The notes: generated by a model not told the origin, from the sequence alone. A DNA stretch of 64,000 nucleotides from an uncultured Fibrobacterota bacterium (GCA_963753345.1 CAVWBU010000048.1:1-64000), one strand, 5' to 3'; counted from the first letter of the stretch, positions 21,416 through 31,127 are shown. Translations and numbers: made by a program.

Positions 21416-22630
21416 ATGGCTAAATTCAGAGGCAAAGCCCTTCTCCCCGGCCGGTTCGTGTCCCGGTACATCATGCCGCCGCTGCTCACGTTTTCGGACC
21501 TCAACTACTGGCACATGCTGCCGCACCAGGTGCGCAAGTACCTGATCCCCCACGTGTGGCACAAGGACATTCCGGTGGGGCAGATTTCCCTCCGCGTCAA
21601 CGAAGTGTGCAACCTGCGGTGCCGCTCGTGCGGCCAGTGGGGCGAGAACGGCCACCTCACGGCCAAGCTTGCGCGAGGGGAAAAGCTCCAGCAGCTCGAT
21701 TTCGAGGTCGTCAAGCGCGTGGTGTTCGAGACGCGGCGCGACAAGCCGTTCTACTACATCTGGGGCGGCGAACCCACCATGTGGAAGCCGCTTCTGCCGC
21801 TCTTCCAGGAAATGGCCAAATACAAGCTGCTCGGCTCGATCGTCACCAACGCGCAGGCGCTCGACCCGATCATCGAGGACCTCATCGCCACCAAGTCGCT
21901 GTCGGTATTGTTTTTGAGCCTTGACGGATGGGACGCGAAATCGCAAAACCTCATGCGCTCGCCCGCGAGCGGCAAGCTGTCGGAAAACTTCGAGAAGACC
22001 ATGGCCGTGATCGACAAGGTGGACGCCCTCAAGCGGAAAAAGCACCTGCGGTTCCCGCTTGTCATTCCCATCACGGTTATCTCCAACGACAACCACACCC
22101 ACCTCGCCGACATCCACCGGCTCGTACTTGACAAAACGCAATTGCACCCGTTCTACTTCGGCTGGTTCATCACCGAGGAGCGCGCCGCGCTGCATGAAAA
22201 AGTTTTCGAGGAGCGGTTCGGTTGCAGGCCCAAGAACCACCGCGGCTACCTCAAGTCGTGCTTCAACGACGTTGACCCGGCAGTCACCGCGGCGCAGATC
22301 GCGGAGGTCACAAAGATCTCCAAGGGCAGGCCGTCGGTGCCGCAGTTTTTGCCCGACATCACCTCGGAAAAGGACATCCGGCGCTACTACACCGACCACA
22401 CGTGGCACTGCGGGTATCCGAGCTGCGAGAGCATCTACTTTATCGCCGAAATCTCGCCCGACGGCCGCGTGACGCCCTGCCGCGACTACCAGGACTACTC
22501 CTGCGGCAACATCAATACGACGCCCTTCTACGACATCTGGAACGGCGAGAAGTTCAAGCTTTTCAGGCGGGAAATGCAGAAGGGCCTGATGCCGGTGTGC
22601 ACGAGGTGCTGCGGGTTGCAGGGATTCTAA
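21416..22630 (+). CDS. Radical SAM protein with SPASM/twitch domain
   Basis: CNLRCRSC, WGGEP, LSLDG; C-terminal CESIY..PDGRVTPC..GNI..IWNG..CTRCC. The longer ORF from 21242 only runs through the upstream repeat. Confidence 0.88.
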   Translation: MAKFRGKALLPGRFVSRYIMPPLLTFSDLNYWHMLPHQVRKYLIPHVWHKDIPVGQISLRVNEVCNLRCRSCGQWGENGHLTAKLARGEKLQQLDFEVVKRVVFETRRDKPFYYIWGGEPTMWKPLLPLFQEMAKYKLLGSIVTNAQALDPIIEDLIATKSLSVLFLSLDGWDAKSQNLMRSPASGKLSENFEKTMAVIDKVDALKRKKHLRFPLVIPITVISNDNHTHLADIHRLVLDKTQLHPFYFGWFITEERAALHEKVFEERFGCRPKNHRGYLKSCFNDVDPAVTAAQIAEVTKISKGRPSVPQFLPDITSEKDIRRYYTDHTWHCGYPSCESIYFIAEISPDGRVTPCRDYQDYSCGNINTTPFYDIWNGEKFKLFRREMQKGLMPVCTRCCGLQGF

Positions 22631-22713
22631 TTCTAATTCCAATTTCAATTGTGAACTAGTCAAAGCACGTCGGGGGAGAAGTTCTGCCTGTCTCAAAACT
22701 CAGTTAAAGAGCC

Positions 22714-22845
22714 GGGCGCCTGCCTTCGGCACCGGTTCTCCTTCCGGTCTCGGCTAAGGCCTCGGGCTGCCACGGCCCTATGGCCCAGAGGGTCCGGGTC
22801 CGGGCAGCATCCCGCTCTAGCGGGACCTCCAGTCGCCCCTGGCGC
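22714..22845 (-). repeat. Family A copy 5
   Basis: Core nearly identical to 18583-18735 (GACTGGAGGTCCCGCTAGAGCGGGATGCTGCCCGGACCCGG on the minus strand). Confidence 0.9.
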
Positions 22846-22946
22846 AAATACCACTATTCGGGTATCACGTACTCTCACTATGCCGGTTGCGCAAAACCAT
22901 ATCTTTTGTAAGTTGTAAATGGTACGATTTCGTCGGGCTCAAATCG

Positions 22947-23528
22947 CTATCTACAATTCTTCTTGCTGTATCGCCTCAATTTATTGTAGATGTACTCGAA
23001 GTTTCCGTATGTGTACGATTCCTTGCTCAGGGAATCGGAGTTGACCCACTTCAGATATTTCTGAATTTCCTTGTTCTCATAGACGCAATCAACGTAGTAA
23101 CTAAACCCCTCGTTCACATAATCCAAGTCGACAATTCCTCTCCTATAATATTCCCCCAAATCATCAAAAAGATTTAAGATGTACGTGTCCATTTCATAAA
23201 CTGTAAATATTCTCTTGCTGGAAATGACCTTGAGAGGGTTTAGAAACTTGGTCTTTACCGTGTCTACCTCGAAGTAGCCGAATTCAAGGCTGTCACTCGA
23301 ATCTGTTGCTGTCTTGAACTGAATAAAGCCTTCGTCAATCAGCATGATGAGGTATGTCGTCTGGTCGGTGAAGAAATCTGTCTTGAACTTATGAGCGAAG
23401 TCGGCGTTTCGAGTAGCGTTTGAACTGTTCAATTGGAATATGGCGATAAGCAGCCCGATCATAGCTACGAACGGGGTTGCTTTTCGCGCCCCGAACCACG
23501 TTTTAGATAATAGAGTCGTGATTTTCAT
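22947..23528 (-). CDS. AT-rich hypothetical membrane-anchored protein (DUF4760-like)
   Basis: N-terminal hydrophobic helix and ILNLFDDLGEYYRRGIVD segment; composition visibly AT-richer than neighbours. Confidence 0.6.
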   Translation of the reverse strand: MKITTLLSKTWFGARKATPFVAMIGLLIAIFQLNSSNATRNADFAHKFKTDFFTDQTTYLIMLIDEGFIQFKTATDSSDSLEFGYFEVDTVKTKFLNPLKVISSKRIFTVYEMDTYILNLFDDLGEYYRRGIVDLDYVNEGFSYYVDCVYENKEIQKYLKWVNSDSLSKESYTYGNFEYIYNKLRRYSKKNCR

Positions 23529-23765
23529 TGTTTATTAGTGGAAATTCCACTTTCGTCATTCTGCCTAATTGACATCGGTGAACTCAGGCCCGTCGCTGTT
23601 TATTATACCCTTCTTCTTCCCCCTTGTCGACGAAATCGATTTCGTCGGTCCCAATACGGCTTTCTTGCGCAATGAAACGGCAGGTTGCACCTACAAAGAA
23701 ATCAATTTCTGCGCAGTGCCCAAAGCAAGGAGAATGGGCCGCGCGCAAAAGAAGGAATCGGCGTT

Positions 23766-23914
23766 GCCCCTTTCGCCGGCGCCAGGCCGGAACGGAGGCC
23801 GCGCTAGAGCGCGGTGCCGCCCGGACCCGCCGCTATCGCGGCATAGGGCCGTGGCGGCCGGAGGCCGAAGGCCGAGACCGGAGCGAGGGCCGCCGCCGAA
23901 GGCGGGGCGCCCAA
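23766..23914 (+). repeat. Family A copy 6
   Basis: GCGCCAGGCCGGAACGGAGG...GCCGAAGGCGGGGCGCCCAA. Confidence 0.9.
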
Positions 23915-24034
23915 TTCTCTTTTCCACTTCTTATTATATATTCACGCCATTGGAAACTATAGAAACGGCATAAAAAAGATTCCCATGAAAATCAATGATT
24001 TAGCTGTACTTTATAAAGATTATGAATAAAGTTA

Positions 24035-24063
24035 TTGACATTATTAATCTTTTATGGTATATT
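24035..24063 (+). promoter_or_regulatory. Sigma70-type promoter
   Basis: TTGACA-17 bp-TATATT with an extended -10 TG; RBS AGGAGG before ATG 24093. Confidence 0.8.
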
Positions 24064-24092
24064 AGATTAAGAAAATCAATCAGGAGGTCGAA

Positions 24093-24455
24093 ATGCCTAA
24101 TCCCTGGTACGAACTTACTACCCTGACAGGTTCAAAAGAATTCGTCGTGACCTCGGTCAAGCTCAAGGACACCGGCATTTCCATACAAGGGGAGTTCGAC
24201 CTTCCTTCGCTTGCCCGACTTTCCGACGAAGATCAGGTTTTTGTGGCGCACTTCATCCGCACGCACGGTTCAATAAAAGAAATGGAGCAGGCATTCGGCG
24301 TGAGCTATCCCACGATCAAGGCGCGGCTCAACAAGATATGCGGCCAGCTCAAATTCGTTGAGGTGGTTCCAGCGTCCAGGCGCGAGGAAATCCTTGCAAA
24401 ACTTGAAAACGGAGAGATCACCGCGAAACAAGCGGCCGAAGAACTGAGGAGTTGA
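24093..24455 (+). CDS. DUF2089-family HTH protein
   Basis: LSDEDQVFV..FIRTHGSIKEMEQAFGVSYPTIKARL and SHOCT-like tail ILAKLENGEITAKQA. Confidence 0.85.
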   Translation: MPNPWYELTTLTGSKEFVVTSVKLKDTGISIQGEFDLPSLARLSDEDQVFVAHFIRTHGSIKEMEQAFGVSYPTIKARLNKICGQLKFVEVVPASRREEILAKLENGEITAKQAAEELRS

Positions 24456-24456
24456 T

Positions 24457-24739
24457 ATGATACCCAGCATTATGAATTTGAAAATCCATTCCGGCGAGCG
24501 GTTCAAACTCAGGCTGTGGCTTCCATTGTTCATTGTATGGCCGTTCGCGTTTGTCTTTCTTCTCCTGCTGCTGCCGTTCCTTGTTCTCGCGGAAATCGTT
24601 TTGCGGCTGGCAAACGCAAGAATTTATCTGTTCGCCATGATCGGCGCCCTGTTTTCCCTGATTTCAGCCATGCAGGGCCTCACCGTGAAGGGTGAACAAC
24701 GAAAAACACAATTCACTTGTTGACGTAACAATCCGGTAA
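24457..24739 (+). CDS. Small membrane protein, apparent frameshift near 24690
   Basis: LRLWLPLFIVWP hydrophobic stretch; removing one G from the GGG run gives ...VKVNNEKHNSLVDVTIR-stop at 24739. Confidence 0.6.
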
Positions 24740-24754
24740 CTTTGGAGGTGTATT

Positions 24755-25182
24755 ATGAATGAAGAGAGACAACGGATTCTCAAGATGCTCGGCGAGGGGA
24801 AGATCACTGCCGCCGAGGCGGAAGACCTGCTTGACGCTCTGGGAAAAAATACCGGCCAGCAGGCGGCCGAGGCACCGCGGTCGAACCAAAAGTCCTAAAG
24901 AACATCAAGTACATGTACGTGAAGGTCCTGAGCTCGCAGCAGGACAACGTGGACGTGCGCGTGCCGCTCGGGCTCATCCGCGCGGGCATGAGGTTCACCT
25001 CGCTCATCCCGCCGCAGGCCATGGACCAGATCAACAGCTCTCTCAAGGAAAAGGGCATGAATTTCGATCTGGGCAACATCAAGCCCGAGGACATCGAGGA
25101 GCTGATAAAAAACCTTGCGGACATGGAAGTGAACGTGAAATCGAAGAACGGGGACATTGTGAAGGTGTATTGCGGGGAATAG
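24755..25182 (+). CDS. SHOCT-like domain protein, frameshifted near 24880
   Basis: RBS GGAGG; MNEERQRILKMLGEGKITAAEAEDLLDAL, continuing in another frame as YMYVKV..VDVRVPLGLI. Confidence 0.75.
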
Positions 25183-25192
25183 AAAAAGAGAG

Positions 25193-25220
25193 TTGACAGT
25201 TGACGGTTGACAGTTGACAG
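25193..25220. repeat. Heptamer tandem repeat (TTGACAG x4, one variant)
   Basis: ttgacag ttgacgg ttgacag ttgacag. Confidence 0.8.
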
Positions 25221-25265
25221 ACCAGGAATAGGCACGTTTGCTGATTCAATAAGAAAGGAGCGGCC

Positions 25266-25430
25266 ATGGGTCCGGCGGAAATAATGCGGGAGCATATAGA
25301 GTTCTGGACAAGCGATGAATGCACGACGTTGTCGAAGGAGGATGTTGAACTTGTCAGAAAACTTGCTGAAGTTTCGGGGGTGGCGCTGCCGAAATGCTGG
25401 GGGAAGGAAGCAAGAGAGGAGGCGGCATAG
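25266..25430 (+). CDS. Putative 54-aa small protein
   Basis: AAGGAG 5 nt before the ATG; MGPAEIMREHIEFWTSDECTTLSKEDVELVRKLAEVSGVALPKCWGKEAREEAA; below the ORF-track cutoff. Confidence 0.45.
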   Translation: MGPAEIMREHIEFWTSDECTTLSKEDVELVRKLAEVSGVALPKCWGKEAREEAA

Positions 25431-25509
25431 GAAATCTTCTGTCAACTACAATACCAATGTCCTCTCAATGGTCAATTATGAATGCCAATTTTAAGAAGGG
25501 AAGCATTCC

Positions 25510-26259
25510 ATGACCGATAACAACCTCCCGGACAACCACCCTGTTCTTCGCAGCACCGTCTTGTCGCTTGCGCCCGGCATTCTCATGCTGCTGTTTTTTA
25601 TCCTGTTTGCCCCGCTTGCGGTCCGGCATGGTCTTCCGTCAATGCTTGTCATCTTTATTGCCATCCCACTGGTCCTTATTCCTTTCGAAATGGGATGGCT
25701 TTTCCTTCAAGGCAGGAAGCTGAATGGCCGTCCGTCATTAAAAGGGATTGTGCTCTTCAAGGAAAAGATTCCTGTCTGGCAATTCTTCATATTAATTCCA
25801 CTTCTTTTGTTCTGGGCCGTCTTTTGCTTTGGTGTCATTGCAAACAAAGTGGACCCGTTTTTTATTAATACCTTCTTTGGATGGCTGCCGCATTGGTTCT
25901 TCATCAGCTCATTTACGGAGAATATCGGCCAATACCCAAAGGTCATTGCATGGATCACAATTTCTGTGGGTCTGATTTTTAACGGCTTTGTCGGACCTGT
26001 TGTTGAAGAATTGTATTTTAGGGGTTATTTATTGCCACGACTGCGTCAGACGGGCGGATGGGCCCCGCTGTTAAATGTCTTGCTCTTTTCCCTGTATCAC
26101 TTTTTTTCTCCATGGCAGAATGTAACCAGAATACTGGCGCTACTGCCCCTGGTTTATGCTGTTTGGTGGAAACGCAATATCTACATCAGCGTGATCACTC
26201 ACTGCACGCTCAATACAATGGGAATGATTGGAACAATTTTCTTGTTATTCAAAACATAA
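25510..26259 (+). CDS. CPBP (CAAX/Abi) family intramembrane metalloprotease
   Basis: Multiple transmembrane helices; EELYFRG, FSLYH and HCTLN motifs. Confidence 0.9.
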   Translation: MTDNNLPDNHPVLRSTVLSLAPGILMLLFFILFAPLAVRHGLPSMLVIFIAIPLVLIPFEMGWLFLQGRKLNGRPSLKGIVLFKEKIPVWQFFILIPLLLFWAVFCFGVIANKVDPFFINTFFGWLPHWFFISSFTENIGQYPKVIAWITISVGLIFNGFVGPVVEELYFRGYLLPRLRQTGGWAPLLNVLLFSLYHFFSPWQNVTRILALLPLVYAVWWKRNIYISVITHCTLNTMGMIGTIFLLFKT

Positions 26260-26293
26260 TTAGAAAATCAATCAATATTATCGCATACAGCTT

Positions 26294-27163
26294 TTATTTA
26301 TACGCAACCACACCAAAAGCCTTTGCCAGCGATATTACCTTCTTGAACCCTGCATCATGCAGACGTTTCACCACGCCTCTGGTAACCTTTGCCCCCGCAG
26401 CGCTATTCGGATCGCCGATGTAATGGAACATCCGTCCGCGCTGATTTAAAACCCGGAAAGCCTGCCTGTAGAATTCTCCCGAATAAAGGTCTCCGGCAAG
26501 GGCCATGGTCGGAGGATCATGAATGATTGCGGCAAAAGTGTTATCCGCGAATTTTCCGATTTCCCGAAGGCTGTCTCCGATGATCTGCGAGATATTCGGG
26601 TTGTTAAAAAGGGATTGGGACCATGGGTTCATCCGCGCCATCTCCTGCACAACGGGGCACAGCTCGATGGTGGTGACGGCCGATGCCGTTTTCGAAGCAA
26701 TAATGGCCGTATACCCGAGCCCGGTTGCGGTGTCGAGCACTTTTCCGTGAATCGGCATGACCGGTTCAACCATGGCGAGCGCGGCTTTGAGCGGCGTGAT
26801 GTTCTTAAAACGGTGCATGGGAAACCCGGCCGCGACCAGGACCGGGGCCTCGGATGTGGGCATAAGGCTGTAGGCGCGGCCGAGAACATCCGAGAAACCG
26901 CGAATGGGACTGGCCGCATTGTCCTTTACAAAAAAGCACGCGTTTTCATTGGAGTCTATCTTTTCAACAGACTGCCAGTTGAGAACCGATGAATCCGGAA
27001 AAATGATGTGATCGGAAGTCAAGGTGACTTCTATGGTGGTGATCCCAAGGTCGATGGAGGTGGTGGATGAGGTCTGTCCCTGTTTGCGTGCCGCAAGTAA
27101 GGGAGAGGTTTGAAAGTGGGAGAGGACAGGGAGCATGGGTGAAGGGCCGGTGGGAATTGTCAT
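26294..27163 (-). CDS. SAM-dependent methyltransferase (COG2521-like)
   Basis: VLDTATGLGYTA, NPWS, IIHDPP and GDLYSGEFY motifs. Confidence 0.8.
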   Translation of the reverse strand: MTIPTGPSPMLPVLSHFQTSPLLAARKQGQTSSTTSIDLGITTIEVTLTSDHIIFPDSSVLNWQSVEKIDSNENACFFVKDNAASPIRGFSDVLGRAYSLMPTSEAPVLVAAGFPMHRFKNITPLKAALAMVEPVMPIHGKVLDTATGLGYTAIIASKTASAVTTIELCPVVQEMARMNPWSQSLFNNPNISQIIGDSLREIGKFADNTFAAIIHDPPTMALAGDLYSGEFYRQAFRVLNQRGRMFHYIGDPNSAAGAKVTRGVVKRLHDAGFKKVISLAKAFGVVAYK

Positions 27164-27235
27164 GGTGTGCTTGAGGCTATTATTTCCTTTTCAAAAACAG
27201 TGTTTGGTCATGAAGGTTGTCTTTCCGTTGATTTG

Positions 27236-27919
27236 TTAAGACTTGCTTTTGCAGGTTATCAATAAATGCCTTAGATTTGTTAATTCCTCTATTTTCAAGA
27301 TACCTCTTAAATGACGGATGATGGTTGATGTTGCAATACTTGGGTCAATATCAGAATCATCGTTATTTTCTTTTAGTCCTAGTACCTTTTTGAAGGTACT
27401 GTACATGTTCTTAACTGCTCCATTATCATTTGCACCGCCTGGGTCAACCTTATAATATTGCGCTTCAGCACCGATACCTCGCAATGCCTTTTCGAAAGGT
27501 TCGAGGTTCCGGTCGATTTCATTTGTTAACCAAGTCGCATGCTTAATTCTAATCTGTAATAGCCTGTCAGCAAGTGAAAGGGCTGTTGGGGATGGACCTT
27601 CGCGAAATAATGTTGCAACTGAAGATTGCATTTCTTTCATATATTCTTCACAAAATGACACATGTTCGTTGAAAACAACGTCAGCCATATGAGTAGTTGC
27701 ACCTAAATCAAAGGATTGCTGATCATGCTGAAGGGAAAGGTTCTTCTGATATTGTGTCTCGTCAAGAAAAAGACGATACAAAACACCAAGCAGCGCAAGG
27801 ACACCAGGGGAGCCATAAAAGTATTTGAAAATGTTTTCGGCAGGTAAAAGTAGAGCTGATACAAACGACAACGCGACAACGCCAAACAATATTGCATAGA
27901 TTTTCCACGACAGTTTCAT
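27236..27919 (-). CDS. AT-rich hypothetical protein with two N-terminal transmembrane helices
   Basis: 227-aa ORF, RBS AAGGA, strongly AT-rich relative to flanks. Confidence 0.65.
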   Translation of the reverse strand: MKLSWKIYAILFGVVALSFVSALLLPAENIFKYFYGSPGVLALLGVLYRLFLDETQYQKNLSLQHDQQSFDLGATTHMADVVFNEHVSFCEEYMKEMQSSVATLFREGPSPTALSLADRLLQIRIKHATWLTNEIDRNLEPFEKALRGIGAEAQYYKVDPGGANDNGAVKNMYSTFKKVLGLKENNDDSDIDPSIATSTIIRHLRGILKIEELTNLRHLLITCKSKS

Positions 27920-28050
27920 TTCAAAGTCCTTCTTGTAATATTGAAATCAGCCTATAGTATTATAGTCTTTAAAGAAATGTGCATGTTTAGATTCGTTATA
28001 CTTTTCCTCAAAATGTTCATCATCGTGGGCACTGCCCATAACTATACAAA

Positions 28051-28213
28051 TGCGCCATCCCCTTCTGCCGCGCGCCAGGCAGGACTGGAGGCCGCGCCAA
28101 AGCGCGGTGCCGCTCGGACCCGGCCGCGTACTCGCGGCATAGGGCCGTGGCGGCCCGAGGGCGCGCCCGAGACCGGAAGGACGGCCGCCGCTGCGAAGCA
28201 GCGGGGCGCCCAA
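28051..28213 (+). repeat. Family A copy 7
   Basis: GCGCGCCAGGCAGGACTGGAGG...GCGAAGCAGCGGGGCGCCCAA. Confidence 0.9.
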
Positions 28214-28260
28214 TTTCTTATCTTGCTTTGCCACAAAATCTATCTACTACGCTCCCCTCC

Positions 28261-29376
28261 TCAATTCTCAATCACCGAATTCACAATCTCCTTCTTCGTA
28301 TCGTCAAACATCGATATCCCCGGCAGCGTGTACCACGACCCGCCGATGTTGTTCCTGATCACCGAGTTTTCAATGACAACATTTCCGGTGTGATCGTCGG
28401 TGACGAAGAAGATGGCCGACCCGAAGGCGTTCACCTGGTTGGAGTCGATGAGGCAGCCGCACAAAGAAAGCGTCATGGTGTTGCCGTCGTTGTAGATTGC
28501 GCCGCCGCTGCCGCCGCCGGGAGTGCCGGTCTGCGCCGGGTTGCCGCCGTTGCCGATTGCCCTGTTGTAGGAGAACAGGCAGTTGATGAGCGTCCACGAC
28601 ACGCCGATGCTGCTGATCCCTCCGCCGTTCGCGCCCACGTTTCCGTAGCCGGGCGCGCCGCCGAACGTGGTGTTGACAACATAAACCGGCAGGTTGTTGT
28701 ACTGGGAAAAGACCCGTATGGCCGCGCCGCCCACGTCCGGCCCGCTGTCCGCGCAGACATTATTGAAGAACCGGCAGTTGACCACCTTGAACCTGCCGCC
28801 CCTCACCCATATCGCGCCGCCGCCGTCATACACCGTTTCGTTCCTGGAATTCCCGTTTATAAACGTGAGGTTCTGTACCGTGAGGTGCGGGCTGTCCTGG
28901 TTCTGGCAATGCGACGTTGTCCAGTGCTGGTTGGAATCGCAGGTGTTCATGTAGAGAATGCGCGTGGTGTTGCCGCCGCTCAGGGTGACCAGCCCTCCTC
29001 CGTCGATCACGATGTCCTGTATCGAATCGTTGAAGACTTTTGCAGGCTGATTGAGCGTGATGGTGAACGGTGCCGATCCGCCGTTGAACACGATCTTCCC
29101 GCCCGAAGCCACCGCGGCGATGAACGCATCCGGCGTGCAGCTTTCCGGCGTGCCGGTGCCGATCACATGGTCAGGAGTGGTAACGTCCTCAGGCCCGGCC
29201 TCGCTGGGAATCGGACACGTTCCTCCCGGATTTCCTGCCGGCGGGCCGGAAAGTGGATTGGCCAGCGGGTTGGTGACGGTGACGTAGGTGATGGGGGTGC
29301 TGGGGGATTGACAGGATGAGAGGAGGCAGGCGACAAATACTGCGAAGAGGATTTGGGTGATTTGACGTGCATGCAT
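28261..29376 (-). CDS. Secreted lipoprotein with Gly/Asn-rich beta-helix-like repeats
   Basis: Lipobox LLSSC; GTGTPESCT; GGGAI/GGAAI/GGAIY and FxNN repeats. Confidence 0.75.
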   Translation of the reverse strand: MHARQITQILFAVFVACLLSSCQSPSTPITYVTVTNPLANPLSGPPAGNPGGTCPIPSEAGPEDVTTPDHVIGTGTPESCTPDAFIAAVASGGKIVFNGGSAPFTITLNQPAKVFNDSIQDIVIDGGGLVTLSGGNTTRILYMNTCDSNQHWTTSHCQNQDSPHLTVQNLTFINGNSRNETVYDGGGAIWVRGGRFKVVNCRFFNNVCADSGPDVGGAAIRVFSQYNNLPVYVVNTTFGGAPGYGNVGANGGGISSIGVSWTLINCLFSYNRAIGNGGNPAQTGTPGGGSGGAIYNDGNTMTLSLCGCLIDSNQVNAFGSAIFFVTDDHTGNVVIENSVIRNNIGGSWYTLPGISMFDDTKKEIVNSVIEN

Positions 29377-29639
29377 CGTGTGTTGCTCCTTGAAGAGTGC
29401 GACGACCCTGTTGTTTGCTCATGTCCCCCATGATAATGCTCTTTGCTATTGACCAAAAACTAAATCATTTCCCTCATGAAAAGTCAACTTCCCTGTCTCA
29501 AATCAATGGCATTGGGGTGGTGATGGAACACGATCAGGGATGATCGTGGCACACGGAAGTTTTTTAAGCTCAGGAGTATCAATTGACAAACTAACGGCGG
29601 AAGAAACAATCGAGACGTTTGATTACCAGACTTTTCAAC

Positions 29640-29853
29640 TGCGCCCTGCCCCTCTGCCGCGCGTTAGGCAGGACCGGAGGGTGCGCCAGAGCGCATTGCC
29701 GACCGACGACCCTTGGAAGCACCCGACGGGGTGCCCTGCCGCTAGGCATAGGGGCGGTCCGGCAACGAGGCGAATAGCCGAGCCCGGAGGGAGGGCCGAC
29801 CGCTGCGAAGCAGGGCGCACTATGAGGCGCCCTGCATTCAGGGGAACGCCCAA
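29640..29853 (+). repeat. Family A copy 8, with extra inserted hairpins
   Basis: GCGCGTTAGGCAGGACCGGAGG...GGGGAACGCCCAA; inserts GCACCC-GACG-GGGTGC and GCAGGGCGC-N8-GCGCCCTGC. Confidence 0.88.
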
Positions 29854-29886
29854 CTTTCTTATTTCTTCAAAGTAAATTTTTTACTC

Positions 29887-31017
29887 TTACCCCGCCACCC
29901 GCTCATAAAACGTCCTCAAATCCGTCACCACATGCTCCATCGACTGATACCGCTCCCGGATGCTGCCCATGCACTTCACGATGATCTCGCTCAGCTCCTC
30001 AAATCCCCTGGGCGGCGTTCTCAGCGTGGGTTTCTCCCGAGCGAGCCTTGACAGCACGTTCGTCGTGCTTTTGCCGATGCTTTTCGGGTGCATGCCGTAC
30101 AAAAGCTCGTAGCACACCACGCCGAACGAGTAGATGTCGGTGCGCTGGTCGAGGTTTTCCGGATTGTAAATCTGCTCGGGCGACATGTAGTACTGCGACC
30201 CGATGATGACGCCGTCGAATTTCGAGCCGTACGATTTTACCCACCGCACCGTGCCGAAGTCCGCCAGCTTCACCTCGATCTTCCTCTCCCTTCCCCTGCG
30301 CCATGCGTCCGCGTCGCCGGGACGGGGCGGGACAAAACTTTTGGGGAACAGAATGTTTTCCGGCTTAATGTCGCGGTGAAAGATGCCTTCGGTGTGCACA
30401 TTGCTGATCATCTCGGCGATGGTGAGCATGAGCCTCGTCTTAAACAGGAGAAGGTCTGGCGAATCGGCCATGTATTTCTTGTCGCTCAAAAATCCGCGGA
30501 GCGTGGAGCCCATGCGCTCCATAAGGATGAACCGGAAGCTGTTTTTGTGATCGAATTCCCCGAAGTCAAACACCTTCACCACGCTGCGGGAGACCGTGTC
30601 CGACAGGCTTTTCGAAAGGTCCCACTGCACGTAGGACTCGTTGGTGAACCGCTTCTTCATGTCTTTGACGCGCATTTCCTCTTCATTGGGGCCGCTGCCG
30701 GGGTCCCTGCGCACCACGAGAAGGTCGCTGCGGAGGATCTTGATTGCGAAATCGGACAAGCCGTCGTAACTCGACACCGCCTTGAACACGTCGGCAAAGC
30801 CGCCGCTCCCCATATGGTCGCCGATGACGATCGAGGGGGTGTGCTTTTTAAACACGGCGCGGATCCGGTCGAAATGCCGCTGGAGCACCTTTGCGTCGGA
30901 AGGGCGGGAAAACACCTTCATGGTGAGACGGAACGGAATGCGGCCGATACGTTCGACAAGGGAGTCCATGGGGGCATGCTCCTTCTCTGCCGTCGAATTT
31001 TCTATGGAGTGCGGCAA
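29887..31017 (-). CDS. Cytoplasmic Hanks-type Ser/Thr protein kinase
   Basis: GSGGFADV, AIK, HRDIKPEN, DFG, YMSPEQ and DIYSFG; no transmembrane segment. Confidence 0.92.
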   Translation of the reverse strand: MPHSIENSTAEKEHAPMDSLVERIGRIPFRLTMKVFSRPSDAKVLQRHFDRIRAVFKKHTPSIVIGDHMGSGGFADVFKAVSSYDGLSDFAIKILRSDLLVVRRDPGSGPNEEEMRVKDMKKRFTNESYVQWDLSKSLSDTVSRSVVKVFDFGEFDHKNSFRFILMERMGSTLRGFLSDKKYMADSPDLLLFKTRLMLTIAEMISNVHTEGIFHRDIKPENILFPKSFVPPRPGDADAWRRGRERKIEVKLADFGTVRWVKSYGSKFDGVIIGSQYYMSPEQIYNPENLDQRTDIYSFGVVCYELLYGMHPKSIGKSTTNVLSRLAREKPTLRTPPRGFEELSEIIVKCMGSIRERYQSMEHVVTDLRTFYERVAG

Positions 31018-31127
31018 TGCCGCTGGAAGATTCGCGCTCGACGCCCAGTCCTGGTGAAGAAACGCCGAGAATCTGCTAGAGAAATAGTTATTGCATTGCG
31101 ATAAAGCAACAGCGGTCCGGGCGCGGC

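Noticed and set aside
22626-22650. TTCTAA-like hexamer tandem after the radical SAM stop
   Set aside because: Short degenerate simple repeat with no further structure.
28165-28190. CCGGAAGG hairpin as SRP RNA domain IV
   Set aside because: The flanking CAGG/AGCA internal-loop motif is absent, and many divergent copies are not expected for SRP RNA.
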